A stretch of 63,184 nt of DNA, filler included, from Piptocephalis cylindrospora (Eukaryota), in the NCBI GenBank assembly GCA_003614145.1. It is 10 parts of 10 records of this genome, joined end to end, with 100 filler letters (N's around TTAATTAATTAA, not from the genome) between each part and the next. Parts side by side here need not be neighbours in the genome. Positions count along the whole stretch, not along the records: positions 44,375 to 50,581 come from KZ988308.1; positions 50,682 to 56,888 come from KZ988309.1; positions 56,989 to 63,184 come from KZ988310.1; 7 more parts are not named here. One strand, written 5' to 3'. Made by a program: the position numbers and the translations under genes. Of the stretch, positions 46,181 through 57,859 are shown in pieces. The notes below the pieces were generated by a model that did not search any database, was not told the origin of the DNA, and worked only from the letters and a program-made list of their open reading frames with translations. Numbering within the stretch: position 1 is the first letter of the stretch; each line of letters begins with the position of its first letter.

Positions 46181-48405
46181 CTATCCCTCCATACCTTTGG
46201 AAACATCCAAAAGTAGATCAGCATATGCCTGGGCCTCTTCGACATGAGCTCTTTGTTTGACCCGTCTTGTTCCATACCCTAGAAGGGAGAGTGAGCGGGA
46301 CAAGGGAAGAAAGAAGAAGAGCCCAACTAAGCCTCACCTTGTACAATACGTGAAAGATGCTGCTGGGCCCGAGTCAGATAATCATGCCTTTCCGCCTCAC
46401 TTCTATTTTTGACATCCACCCCACGAAGAATACACCATTTGGCCTCGAGGAGATCTAGCGCAGCATACATATCCACATCATCCGTGGACCGTACCTATCG
46501 GCAAGGTAGATGTGAATGAGTCTGTCATACCCAAGTTGTATCCCTTGTGAGGAACAAGAAAAGGCTTACGTGGTACTGAATGCAATCCAAGATCCGACGG
46601 ACACGGGATCCCTTGGACCCCTCTATTTCTCCCATCTCCAGATATACTTCAGCCAGGACTAGTGAATGAAGGAGGGCCAAGGATGGGGAATCTATTCTCT
46701 CCACCTCAGTGGAGAGGAGTAGAGGTAGGGCCTTGACGGTGTGACCCTCTCTCTATGGATACATATAAGGGGAAAGAGATCCACATGAGTATGAGTAGCC
46801 CGCACCAAGACACTTACTATGAAAGCTAGCTTACCCTAAGATGTACAGCTAGGGTTAATCGAATCAATTCTCGAACTTGGCTTGGGCAAGCTGGATTGGT
46901 CATGAGTTGATTATAAAAGCTCAGACTCTATCCATCACAGGGGGATCCATGGATGAATGAGTGAGGGAAGGGAGAATAAGGGAAAGCAATCCCCCGCTAT
47001 CCGCTCTTACATCAGCTGAAAAATCATCGGATAGGGATGATTCAAGTCGATGGGAAAGTGCCACCCATAGTTGGGAAATGTCTCCCTGAATGACGAGGGT
47101 AAGAAGGCCTTCCTCCAAATCGCCCTTTTCCTCATGGGGCACATCATGGCAAGGGGGAACATTGTGGATGACCCCACGAAAAGTGTCGAGGAGTAATGGC
47201 TGTAGCATCTTTGGCTTTTTAGAGCCCTGAGCCAGGATTTGGGCTCGTATCTCATCTAGTGTCCCTTCGCCATACGCTTGCCGTCGGTACATGCCCAATT
47301 GACTAAAAGATGCAATGAGATGGGATGAGAGAAGAAGCTAAGTTTCCCTCCCTCTCTCTCTACTCACCGGCCAGCCTGGTTGGCCGCAGCAGTATCCTGT
47401 AATTCATGAGCCGCCCTTTGTGCATCCGTCAACCACATCTCTGCATCCGGAAGACCATGTCGTATGGCATGCACTCCTACATTAAGAGCATGGTAAGGAA
47501 CCGGTAGTCTTCCCCTGCTCCCTCAACCAAGAAGGATATGGGATTATTAGTATTGACAGGGGATGGCTTCTTCTTCCCCCATTAAAATGATACTCAGTCA
47601 CTTACGAAAGCGATCCCAAAGGCAAGGCTGCAAGCTGGCTACGTGTCTTCCAGTACGATGTCTCCGTCTCCATTGGATCTTCAGATGAAAAGGGCTGCAC
47701 CTCCATGGAAGGATCGTGTGGGATGGACCCATCCTCCATGATCTCCCCTGCTACCAAAGCTTTGACCAGATCGCTCCTTATAAATCGCGGAAAATGTATG
47801 AGCCTACTTGGTCTCTAAAAACCCATCTTCATGCCATCAAGGATACCCGAGTTCATTGGCTTACCCTTTCAAGCTTTTATCTCCGAGTAACTTGTGAACC
47901 TCCATCAATCGTTCATGAAGCTCCCTGATCCTTACTCTTCCTAGACGAGTGTACATTCCATGGATTTCCCTGATAGAAAATCCCATGACGGACTCTTCCG
48001 TCTGAAATGGAGGGATGAGTATTGCACAAAAGGACGGGTCATTTCATCCTAGCTTACTAAAAGGATGGCCTTGGAGGTGGAAAAATGGATGCCATCGCGG
48101 ATCAAGTGGGCTAGTTGCTGAAGGAAAAGTTCCATTTTCATTCGGATCTCCATTTGGTCGAGAATCTTGACAATGTCCCGACGGAGCGTGAAACCCTTTC
48201 CCGATTGAGTTTTCTCAAAGAGTTCAACAAAGGCGGTCCAGGATTCGTACGGGTCCCGTCCAGTGAGTTGAAGGCACTGCGGAAGAAAATCGGGGAGAAA
48301 GTCCGAGACAACCTCAGACGAGTAGGGATACTGACAGTAGTGCCAGATGATGACGGCGGTGAGCACGTGAAAAATATCCATCTGGACGTGCGGTGGGGCC
48401 GTCAT
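46181..48405 (-). CDS. APC5: Divergent anaphase-promoting complex subunit 5-like protein, multi-exon
   Basis: Exons read ESVMGFSIRK and YHALNVGVHAIRHGLPDAEMWLTDAQRAAHELQDTAAANQA, resembling Apc5 N-terminal and TPR motifs. Several GT-AG introns; the model is approximate. Confidence 0.55.
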
Positions 48406-48917
48406 GGTAGGAGGAAAAAAAAAGAGAGAGAGGTAGTAGTGGTGGAATGGTACAATGGACGGGGGAGGGGAAGAGAGAGGAGGAGAAGGAGGAATAATGC
48501 CTACTGGGTCGAGGTCATGCCAAGTCGTGACCCGTCCCTGTCTGTAGGACCTTACACGATCCGGCCCATCAGACTAGTCTAGGAAAGTATCAACAAGACC
48601 GTTCCACACAACCAACCTATGTACTATCAGGGGTAAGCTGAAGATTTGCTGGGGTCAATGATTATTCCTGGTCCGACATTCGACAACGTCTGCCCCTTAC
48701 ATCAACGCACACGCTGCCACAAAGGGACCAAGGAGCACCCCGCCCGCTCAAACTTCCCATCCCTCCCCCCAGGGACTTGGAATGATCATCCGCCTCCCAT
48801 ATGAACAGAGGAAGGGGGACAGACTGATAGATCTCTTCTTCTTTAATCTCCTTCTACTCTCCCATTCATACTTTGGACCACATCCTTTTGTTTTCCCAGC
48901 ACGACAGAAAAAAAGTC

Positions 48918-50184
48918 ATGTCCCCTCGAAGAAATCGAACTTCCGAGTTCCATGCGACGGTCACGTCCTTTCGGACACCTACAAGCCCACCCAATGCACC
49001 GTGGAAACCTGGACAGGGGCAACAGGCACTGCAAGCGCGCGGGGAGTTTGGTAAGAGAGCTTCTGCCATTGCTCACAATATCCAGCAGACCACCACACGC
49101 CTAGCCCAACTAGCGACCCTGGCACGACGGACCAATACACCCTTTGACGATCGGCCTGGGGAGATCCCCGCACTCACACAGGTCATCAAACAGGATATTG
49201 CCCGGATCAACCGATCCATTGCAGATCTACAGAACCTGACTCGCTCAGGACCCAATGCCTCCGGTTTGGGGAACCACGGGCAATCGCGGGAGCATGCAAA
49301 TAATGTGGTCCTGTCACTTCAATCCAAGTTGGCGGACACAAGCATGGGTTTCAAGGATGTTCTTGAGACTCGTACCAAGGTAGGGTGAGAGAGGATTCAG
49401 AGAGGCCTTTTCCCAAAGAGTAGCGACTGACGAATACGATGATGATGATGATGACGATGGTAGACTATTCAAACCTCCAGAGATCGACGGGAGCAATTTG
49501 CACATCCAATGGAATCGACCAACTTTATGAACGGTATGTTTTTGGAGTGTCATTATCTACCCTGAATACGTCCATCCGTTCTAATAATAGCAACGCCATT
49601 ATAGGATCCCCCTTACTTCGACCCGCCGACAGTCGAGGAGGACCATCGGCCCCCAATACCCCACCCCCACCGGGGAACTCGGCGTTGACCATTGACATGG
49701 GAGAGGACGACAACTCAGGGCCCAACCAAGCCTTGCTCTATGATTCTCAGGTAAACTTGCGGCCATGGTAGAATTTCTTGTATTGCATTTCACTCATATC
49801 CTTCATCTTCTTGACCTCTCTGATAGGACACTTCCTACTTGGAAAGCCGATCCTCGGCGATTGAGGGAATCGAATCGACGGTCGCGGAACTGGGTCAGAT
49901 CTTCCAGCAACTGGCTCATATGGTGGCAGAGCAGGCGAATACTGTGCAGAGGTTTGTCTTTTCTCGGCCCCATCATCTTTTTGTTCAGTCCACCCCACTC
50001 ACCCTCCTTTTGTCTTCCTTCATGCAGGATTGATGCTAACGTCGAGGAAATCTCCACTAATGTCAGCGGGGCCCAGCGTGAGCTTCTCAAATACTGGAGG
50101 AACATGAGCAGTAACCGATGGTTGATGCTCAAGATCTTTGCCGTAGTCCTCTTCTTCTTTATGCTCTTTGTCCTGGTCCTTTAG
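48918..50184 (+). CDS. SED5: Cis-Golgi Qa-SNARE syntaxin-5, multi-exon
   Basis: N-peptide RNRTSEF, FDDRPGEI, FKDVLETRT, SNARE motif AIEGIESTVAELGQIFQQLA and a C-terminal TM segment. Confidence 0.95.
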
Positions 50185-50681
50185 GCCTTCCATGGCCTTC
50201 CCCACTCCCTCCTTTCCTCATCTTTTATATGTTTTTCTTCCTACTCTCATTTTTCCCCATTCCCGTTTTCTCCTATTCCATCCCTTGCCCATCCTTCCTC
50301 CTTTTTTTCCTACTTTTTAGTGTGTGTGTGTATGGACAAGTATTTCCATGAAAAGAGTGATGATCTTTACATCTTTACCACTACCTATGCTATCCATTTG
50401 ATTTCCTGTCATTTTCGCTGTTTGCCATCATTTTGTTTCATGTACAATCATTCAAAATCATGGAATCATAAGAGGCCTCATACGAGGCTTTCTATTGCTT
50501 CTCATCCCTCCCTTCTCCCTTTCCTTTCTTTTGTTCCTTCCCTTTCATCCATTCTTTCTTCTGCGCCCTCTATCCCCTTTCNNNNNNNNNNNNNNNNNNN
50601 NNNNNNNNNNNNNNNNNNNNNNNNNTTAATTAATTAANNNNNNNNNNNNNNNNNNNNNNNNNNNNNNNNNNNNNNNNNNNN

Positions 50682-51143
50682 TTGGGCGTCGAAAAAGTAG
50701 ATGGTCCCATCATTCTCCGGGGAAGTGATGTATTGAATGAGTGGGGCCGAAGTCTCTAAATCATCCATTAAGGGTGAGTGATGGGCAGTGGTGAGGAGAG
50801 GGCCACCTAAACCCCCTTGGGACCATAGAATCCTCCCAGTGGATCTCTGGATCGCATGTACCTGCCCATCCAGGGTGTGGAGTAAGGTCGTGTCCATGGA
50901 GGTGAGTAGGGGATCAAAGGCCGAGCTGGTAGCAGCCTTAGAACACGTGGTCAAGGCAGAGAGGCGGGAGTAAGCCAGGGAGGTAAGCTCGGTGGCTCGG
51001 GTGTAAAGGCAGCCCCGGGATGCTTCAGCCTGCTGAGGCCGGGTAGCCTGGGAGAAGGGCAGCTTGACCAAGAAGATAGTCAAACTGGCCATCAGGCCAT
51101 ACAGGATAAGCCTGCAGGTGCAGGTGCACCATAAGCAAACCAT
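50682..51143 (-). CDS. IRE1: 5' fragment of an Ire1-like ER sensor (signal peptide and start of the luminal domain)
   Basis: LLHTLDGQVHAIQRSTGRILW...GGPLL and YITSPENDGTIYFF. Truncated by the contig end, so the kinase and RNase domains are not seen. Confidence 0.65.
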
Positions 51144-53522
51144 TGAGCAATTCAGATGAGGGAATGAGTGAAGGTAATGGACAAGGTAAGCAAGGGTGGG
51201 CGAGTCAGTGAGTGAGTGAGCGAGCGAGCGAGTGAGTCGATGAGCGAGTGGGTGACTAAATGAGGAAAGAAGAAGGGATGAAGGTAGACAGATAAACGTG
51301 TGCGTGGAGGGAGCAACGGAGCTGTTATGGACCGTACGTACCGGACTTGGGCTATTAGGCTTGGCCCCAGGCTCAGGACGCATGGATAGGCTGAGCTGTT
51401 TCCCTTGACTTGTGTGAGGAAGTGAGTCATGGTGCCTATGGGTGACTCGCACATTACACAGGAGGATGTGAGGAGAGGCAGCATGTTTGGTGGACATTAG
51501 CTGATAAACGGCTTAATTATCACCGAAAATGACCTTACTATTGCAGAAAAGGGGACCCAAACGCACGATAAAAAGCGGCCAAAAATAGTCAATTCCTCAG
51601 CCATAGGGTCGATTACTTGTATCCCACCAACTCGATCAATGGTGTTGATCTGGATCATGATAATAAAGCTGTTTAGGAAGAAGACGGCTTGGCAAGGGAA
51701 TGTATCGGTCATGACTTGATTGGGCACACGGCTCTATCAATAGGCCGGCTATCTAATAAGGTTGCAGTTGATTAGAGCAGGATGGAGCGTAGTGTAAAGG
51801 CATATGTGGCTTTGCCCTGAAATCAAGATCTATTAAATGCCTTTTCCCTTAATAACGATCATCTGCTGAGACTGACATGAACAGAAAAAGGGGTGGACTA
51901 AGAAAGGAATTAAAGAGAGCTTTATTTATAGGTGTATCTTACGGAGAACACAAATTCGTCCCATATACTGATACTAATACTAGTATTGTTCAGTCGAAAG
52001 CAGCGACCTAGCCGTATGAATTTGAGAATTTCCTACTTGGCCAATCACCAATTGTTCCAGAGGCCTAGACGTTCGAGTGGACTTGGCGTTGATGGTGCCA
52101 AAGATGATATCAAGTTGCATAATTCTTTCTAGCCGTTTCCTATTGAATAAGGACATTTCTCCCCAGGAAATATTACCCATCCACCCACAACTAGGCGCTA
52201 TGGTAACCTGGATAGCACAGAGGACGATAGAGGGTAGACATGTTCATTTACTTCTACACTTCCTTAGCTATCGCCTCCACCATTGTGCCCTCATCTAGGG
52301 ACAAACTTAGGAAGGTCTGTGAGGTCGGCCTTTGCGATCGGCCTTTACGGTCGCTTGGGTGCCAAATGCCCAAGGTCATTCATTAGTCTGCAATATCTTG
52401 GTATTATGGGGAAAAGTCCTAAGAATTTCCGTGGCCATTCTGATCCCCTTGGCCCAATTGAAATGACCAAAGAAGGGACATTCAGAGGCAGTGACCATGA
52501 ATGAGAAAGGGCAAGGGAGGTTGCCTAAGGCGAAGCTGCTGTCACCTTTCCCATTTCCCTCTGTTGATGTAAGTTTGACTCTCTCAGCAAGTGTGAACAT
52601 GCCACCTCGACTCCCTCTATCCTTTGAAATGGCGTCTGGACCGAGATCCTCGTCCCTTGACCCTTTTTTTCCCTCCTCTCTCGATAAATCCAGCACTCGG
52701 TGTCCTCTCAACAAAAAGAATGGCAACCTACAAGGAGCGCGAACCTGTGGCTAGCTATACCAACTTATTCTTTCAGAGACCTTGGATGATGAGAAGGCGG
52801 AGGTGAAACGCGAGCCACTCGGTAAAATAATCGTATAATAAATAGTCAGTCTTTACTCTAGGCAAAGCGAGCATTATTGGTTGCATGGGAAGGCTCAGTG
52901 GAAGGAATGCCAAGAACAAGGAGGGGATGATAATCATGAATGTTTAATGTAAACGCATTTCTATCAACATTCTGAAGGCAGGGTAGAGAACCAATAGATG
53001 AGTAGGAGAGTCATATGCTTTTTAACCACAGCCGGGATGACCTGAGAAGTAAGAGAGAGGATAGAGAGGATGCGCTGTCACTCCACCGAAAGTCCCTTTG
53101 ATAGGAACTCCGACTAGGGAAAGGGAAAAGATGCGTAAAATTATGCTGTAAGGAACATATAGGCCAGGGAAAGAATTGGAGCGGGGATCCAATCTCCTCC
53201 CTTCGCATCCCTTGATCATCTAGGCCTGTCATCCGCTCCTCCTTTTCCATAGGTGCATAACAGAAGGGTCTTACCAAGCCATCTCTCCTCCCATTCTGCC
53301 CTTTCATGGTGTACTCCCCTAGGTTGGCTACGCCTTCTCCCATGGCAACATACTTAAATAGAGAGCAAGTCTAGACCATTCTCCCAATTCAACCCGCTCA
53401 CCCTATAACCTACCCAACTCCACCTTTTTATCTCCCTCTCTTCAAAGAGCTTTGGTCTCTTCCCTACCCTTTTACCTTCCTCGTCAAGCGACATTCCCTT
53501 TTCTCATCGCCCCTTCTTCACC

Positions 53523-53828
53523 ATGAAGCTCACCTCCATTCTACTCATCTCTGCCATGCTGGCCATGGCGGTCACTGTTACTGCAGCTCCCAAGGAGGAT
53601 AAGGAGGATAAGGAGGATAAGATGGGGCGTGATCCCGATACATCTGATCCCGCCACTAAGGGTAATACTAAGCCACCGCTCGGAGACTTTCCTTGTAGTG
53701 ATGACTCGGTATGCTCCAGTGAGGGTGGCGGCTATCAGTGTTACAAGGGGTACTGCACCGGTAAAGAGCAAGTCAGGGTCTGGGAGCTCAACAACAAGAG
53801 TGAATTTGGCAGCGTTAGTTCTTCTTAA
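53523..53828 (+). CDS. Small secreted cysteine-rich protein, 101 aa
   Basis: Signal MKLTSILLISAMLAMAVTVTA, (KED)x3, C-x5-C-x8-C-x4-C; similar to the 7864-8118 protein. Confidence 0.78.
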   Translation: MKLTSILLISAMLAMAVTVTAAPKEDKEDKEDKMGRDPDTSDPATKGNTKPPLGDFPCSDDSVCSSEGGGYQCYKGYCTGKEQVRVWELNNKSEFGSVSSS

Positions 53829-54841
53829 ACACTCGTTTCCCCTCTCTCTTGCGACTGCCCAACCAATGGAATATTTGCTATGGATTTGACCAAAATAGAT
53901 CCATGAACTTGACTACTATGATTTTAGTGTTTCCATGAATAGTTTGGTCTCTGCTTGATTGTTCCATACCATCCACTACGAGGCACACATCAATGGGAAT
54001 GTAAAATGGCATACTTAGCTCCTTGCCCCAAACGTGTCATTACCTCTTTCACTTAAGAGGAGGTATCGTGCTTTCATAGCCTGAGCCTGCCATTTTCCTT
54101 TATTTAGATTTAGTTATGCGCCATCAGCCATTCGCCCTTGTGTAGACCATCCTTGATGCGAGAAAGAAGGACATGTTAAGCAAGGAAAGGATCCATATGT
54201 ATACATCCTTGCAGGAAATATAATGGTCCTTTGAGTGAATGATTTCAAGATCCAACTAGAGCGATTTGGATGTATCCAGTCCTGTCTGTCATCAAACCAT
54301 CCTCATAGAAAGGGAGCCATCTGTTTCTCATAATAATGCATCTAAGGAAATCAGGATACACGGATGATGACCTATACTATTCTATACAGCTCCTCCCTCC
54401 TTACGAAGCCCAAGAATTCTTTCATGTTGTTCCTTCTAGCAACGAATCTCAAGGCATCCCTCTCTCCAAGAGTCTTCTAAAATAGCATACATGTGATAAT
54501 GGGCATGATGGTAACAATTGTTTTCACCTAATCATCACACGACTCATTAAATCCCTACCCCAATGAGCCTAAGGATAACCAGAAATGTATCCATATCTGG
54601 TGAAAAGGGCTCCAGGTGTGTAGTTGCCGCCACCAAATATTTCTCGTCCATCCCTTCAAATAAGGGTACAGTAAGGAGAAAGATGGGTAACATCCCATGC
54701 GGAGGTAAAGATATCCTTAGTGGATGCGAGAATACCACTCTAAATAAAATAAACAATACGAAGGTTCTCCTGTTGAATGTAGCAGATGTACCCTTTTGAC
54801 ATATACCGCACTCACCATCTGATGCGATAAGAGGACAGTTA

Positions 54842-56451
54842 CACAGCCTCACGAAAGCGTGCCGGTATTTTTACTTTCATGGACCTTTTTCTTTATTATT
54901 CTTCCTACAGAAAGGTATTCTTCATGAAATAGAGTACACTGGAAGCGTGAGAACCATACGACCAGGGATAGGTGAAGTACTTTTAAATGGAAAAATAAAT
55001 CGTTTCAGGAATTAAAGAATTGTAAAGCAAATTGTGTCGGCACGGTTTCGGTGCAGGATTCTGCAAATTCCATCTCCAACCATCAATACTCAGTGGGTCC
55101 ACCCTTTGCCTTTAGAACGGCCTGGATTCTTGAAGGCATGCTGTCGATGAGATTCAGGACTACATCATAGGGGATCCCATCCCATTCTGGTTCCACCCGG
55201 GCCCAAAGAGCATCGATATTGTTAGGCACCCTTGTGTAGGCGGCTAGTTATCTCTTTAGGTGTCCTCAGAGGTGTTCAATGGGATTCAAGTCTGGAGACT
55301 GAGAGGGCCATTCCAGGACTTGGATCCCATTTGAGGAAAGCCAGCTCCGGGCTTTGATAGAGTTATGTTTTGAGTCATTATCCTGCTGGAAAATGACATC
55401 CTCATCACCAAGGCCCCAGTCATCCAGCGATGATAGATAGCTCTCTTCCAATACATCACAGTATACGTCCGCATCCATGCTTCCGTCAATCCTATGGAGC
55501 CTACCAATACCATAGACAGAGATACAACCCCAAATCAACACATTACCTCCCCCATACTTAAGTGTAGGCACCATATTCCCACCATGCAGGGCCTCTCCAG
55601 GTCTCCTCCAGCACCACCAGGCGCCATCCGAGCCCATACGATTAATCTTGAACTCGTCCGTCCAGATGACGCGCCTCTAGTCCTCCTGCGTCCAACGCTG
55701 ATGCCTCCTCGCAAAGCGCAAGCGGACCAGGCGATTTCTACGCTTTAACATTGGAACCTTTCTAGATCTTCTGCCTCTCAATCCTCTCCTTCTAAGGGCA
55801 CGACGCACTGTCTCTGTACTAACGCTCTCACCACGATCGGCAGAAAACTGCATTGCGACTCTCCTGGCTGATCCCCCGCGTGTTGTAGTTACATTCCGGA
55901 CGGCCATCCGTTCTTCCCTCGGGGTTTAGAAGCCTTGGGCGGCCGATGGGATTAGGTTTTCCCACCATATCTAGCTCCTTATGCCTCCTCATTACCGTAG
56001 ATGGCCCCACTTTGATTTTAGTAGCCATTTGACGGATCGATTGACCCTTCTCCAGAAGCATTTTGATGCGCATAGTTGTTTCTTTTGGTATGGCTTTCAC
56101 GGTTGAGCGAGCTGAAGGAGACCGTGGTGTAGGGGGTAATGAAGAGCTTTGATTCTTATACTGGTGTTCTTATAGCTTGATTCCTAATATGTTAGTTTTT
56201 ATAATGAGATTAAGAAAAGTGTATTTCAAGCTGATCCTGTTTCACTACAGTGCCGACACAATTTGTTTTACAAAGTTTTAATTCCTGAAACGATTTATTT
56301 TTCCATTTAAAAGTACTTCACCTATCCCTGGTCGTATGGTTCTCGCGCTTCCGGTGTACTGTATTTCATTAAGAATACCTTTCTGTAGGAAGAATAATAA
56401 AGAAAAAGGTCCATGAAAGTAAAAATACCGGCACGCTTTCGTGAGGTTGTG
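54842..56451 (-). mobile_element. Full-length Tc1-family DNA transposon, 1610 bp, with ~202-bp TIRs (54842-55043 and 56250-56451) and a TA target duplication
   Basis: TA|CACAGCCTCACGAAAGCGTGCC...GGCACGCTTTCGTGAGGTTGTG|TA, with a transposase inside. Confidence 0.95.
55083..56100 (-). pseudogene. Disrupted DD34E Tc1 transposase
   Basis: GRPR linker, WTDE, FQQDNDSKH and SPDLNPIE (34 residues between the second D and E), ending KAKGGPTEY. GTG start, a frameshift near 55920, and stops at ~55677, ~55266 and ~55248. Confidence 0.92.
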
Positions 56452-56988
56452 TATTTAACCTCGCCCCTTTCGCCTATATAGCAGAACAGAATATAGTTGT
56501 AGTAGGCTTAAGTGGCGGCCTTCAGGCTGTTTGGGCGCCTCTCATACTCCCTGAAGCAACACCTCCAAAATGTCCACAGCGTGATTCAGAGCCACATGTG
56601 TATAGTCCACAGAGATAAAGCAGTCAAAGCCGCTAGGCTTTACAGCCACACGCACCCATTCACCTTTGATCCTCCCTTGGTTCGCTCTTCTGTTTGATCC
56701 TTGATTCACTTGGTTGATTCATTTAGGTTATCACAATAATCATCCGGGAAAGCTCGCTCTTAAGATGTGTGGGCATCAATTGCCCCACACCCTCATTTAG
56801 TAAGAACAAGGCCAAGTAGAGGAAGCAAAGGTAAATGGGTGCGTGTGGCTGTAAAGCCTAGCGGCTTTGACTGCTTTATCTCTGTGGANNNNNNNNNNNN
56901 NNNNNNNNNNNNNNNNNNNNNNNNNNNNNNNNTTAATTAATTAANNNNNNNNNNNNNNNNNNNNNNNNNNNNNNNNNNNNNNNNNNNN

Positions 56989-57857
56989 GCATCTCTCTTT
57001 ACACCTCTCTTCACCTCCTCCTCTTCCTTTCTAGCCCTCTTGGATCCATCTTCTCCCTCGGCCATCAGTTGCGTTAACTGTTCTTCAGCATCTCTCTTTG
57101 AGCTCATCCTCTCCTCCTTTCCGATGCTTTCCGCTCCTTTGTCCATTTCGACATTCGTTCTCTCCTTGGCACCTTCCATCCCCTCCCCTATTTCCATTGT
57201 TTCTTCTTCTACCACTTCCTTCTCGTCTACCTCCATCTTTTTCTTCTCTTTCTCCACCTTTTCCTTTCCTTCCTTCTCTTTCCTTTCTTTTCTCTCCTTC
57301 TCCCTTCCCATCCTCTCCTTTTCCTCCTTTTCAATACTTTCTTTTTCTCCCCGCTCCATCTCCTCTTCCTTTAGATCAGCGCCCCGGACCAATCGTGCCT
57401 CCATCTCAATTCTTTCGTACCCACTACCCATCAGATTCCTCTTGAGATAACCATACCGTGTACCTTGAAGGGCCTTGGCTCCAAAATACCCAAGGTGGAT
57501 GGGGCTTTGTCGATGCCTCCATCTTTCCCCAGATCCGGGGGTATGAGCCATTGACCTTCCAAGGCTCTCCACCCACATCCACGGATCCAGCCTTCCCCTT
57601 TCTTCCTTACTGAGGCCCGGGTGGCCTGGGAGGGTTTCCTCAAAGGGTAGGACTCGCTGGTACCTCCGGGCTAATCCGCCCAAGGCTACATCCGTCACCG
57701 GAGGAAGTGAACGTAGACGGGAAAGAATGGGCCCACGCAATTCCTTTGGCATCTCATCCAGAAGAAAGGATAAAAGGTCCAAGCTCCTTTGGAATTCCAC
57801 TGAATCCTCCTTCCATTCGTGGGTGAGTGGTGACTGGGACAGGAAAGGGAGTAACAA
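56989..57857 (-). CDS. 3' region of a probable Mediator subunit Med12/Srb8, split by an inversion
   Basis: LDLLSFLLD, RVLPF, DPWMWVE and PIHLGYFGAK resemble fungal Med12 C-terminal motifs as I recall them. An E/K-rich tail follows. Confidence 0.5.
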
Positions 57858-57859
57858 AG

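Noticed and set aside
51497..52500. Motif-like fragments GGIQVIDP, QYLGI and KRALFIGVSY, suggesting a LINE reverse transcriptase or a metacaspase
   Set aside because: They lie on inconsistent strands and have no supporting neighbouring motifs.
55248..55679. In-frame stops in the transposase as recoding or an alternative genetic code
   Set aside because: All three stop types and a frameshift occur, and host genes use the standard code, so this is ordinary decay.
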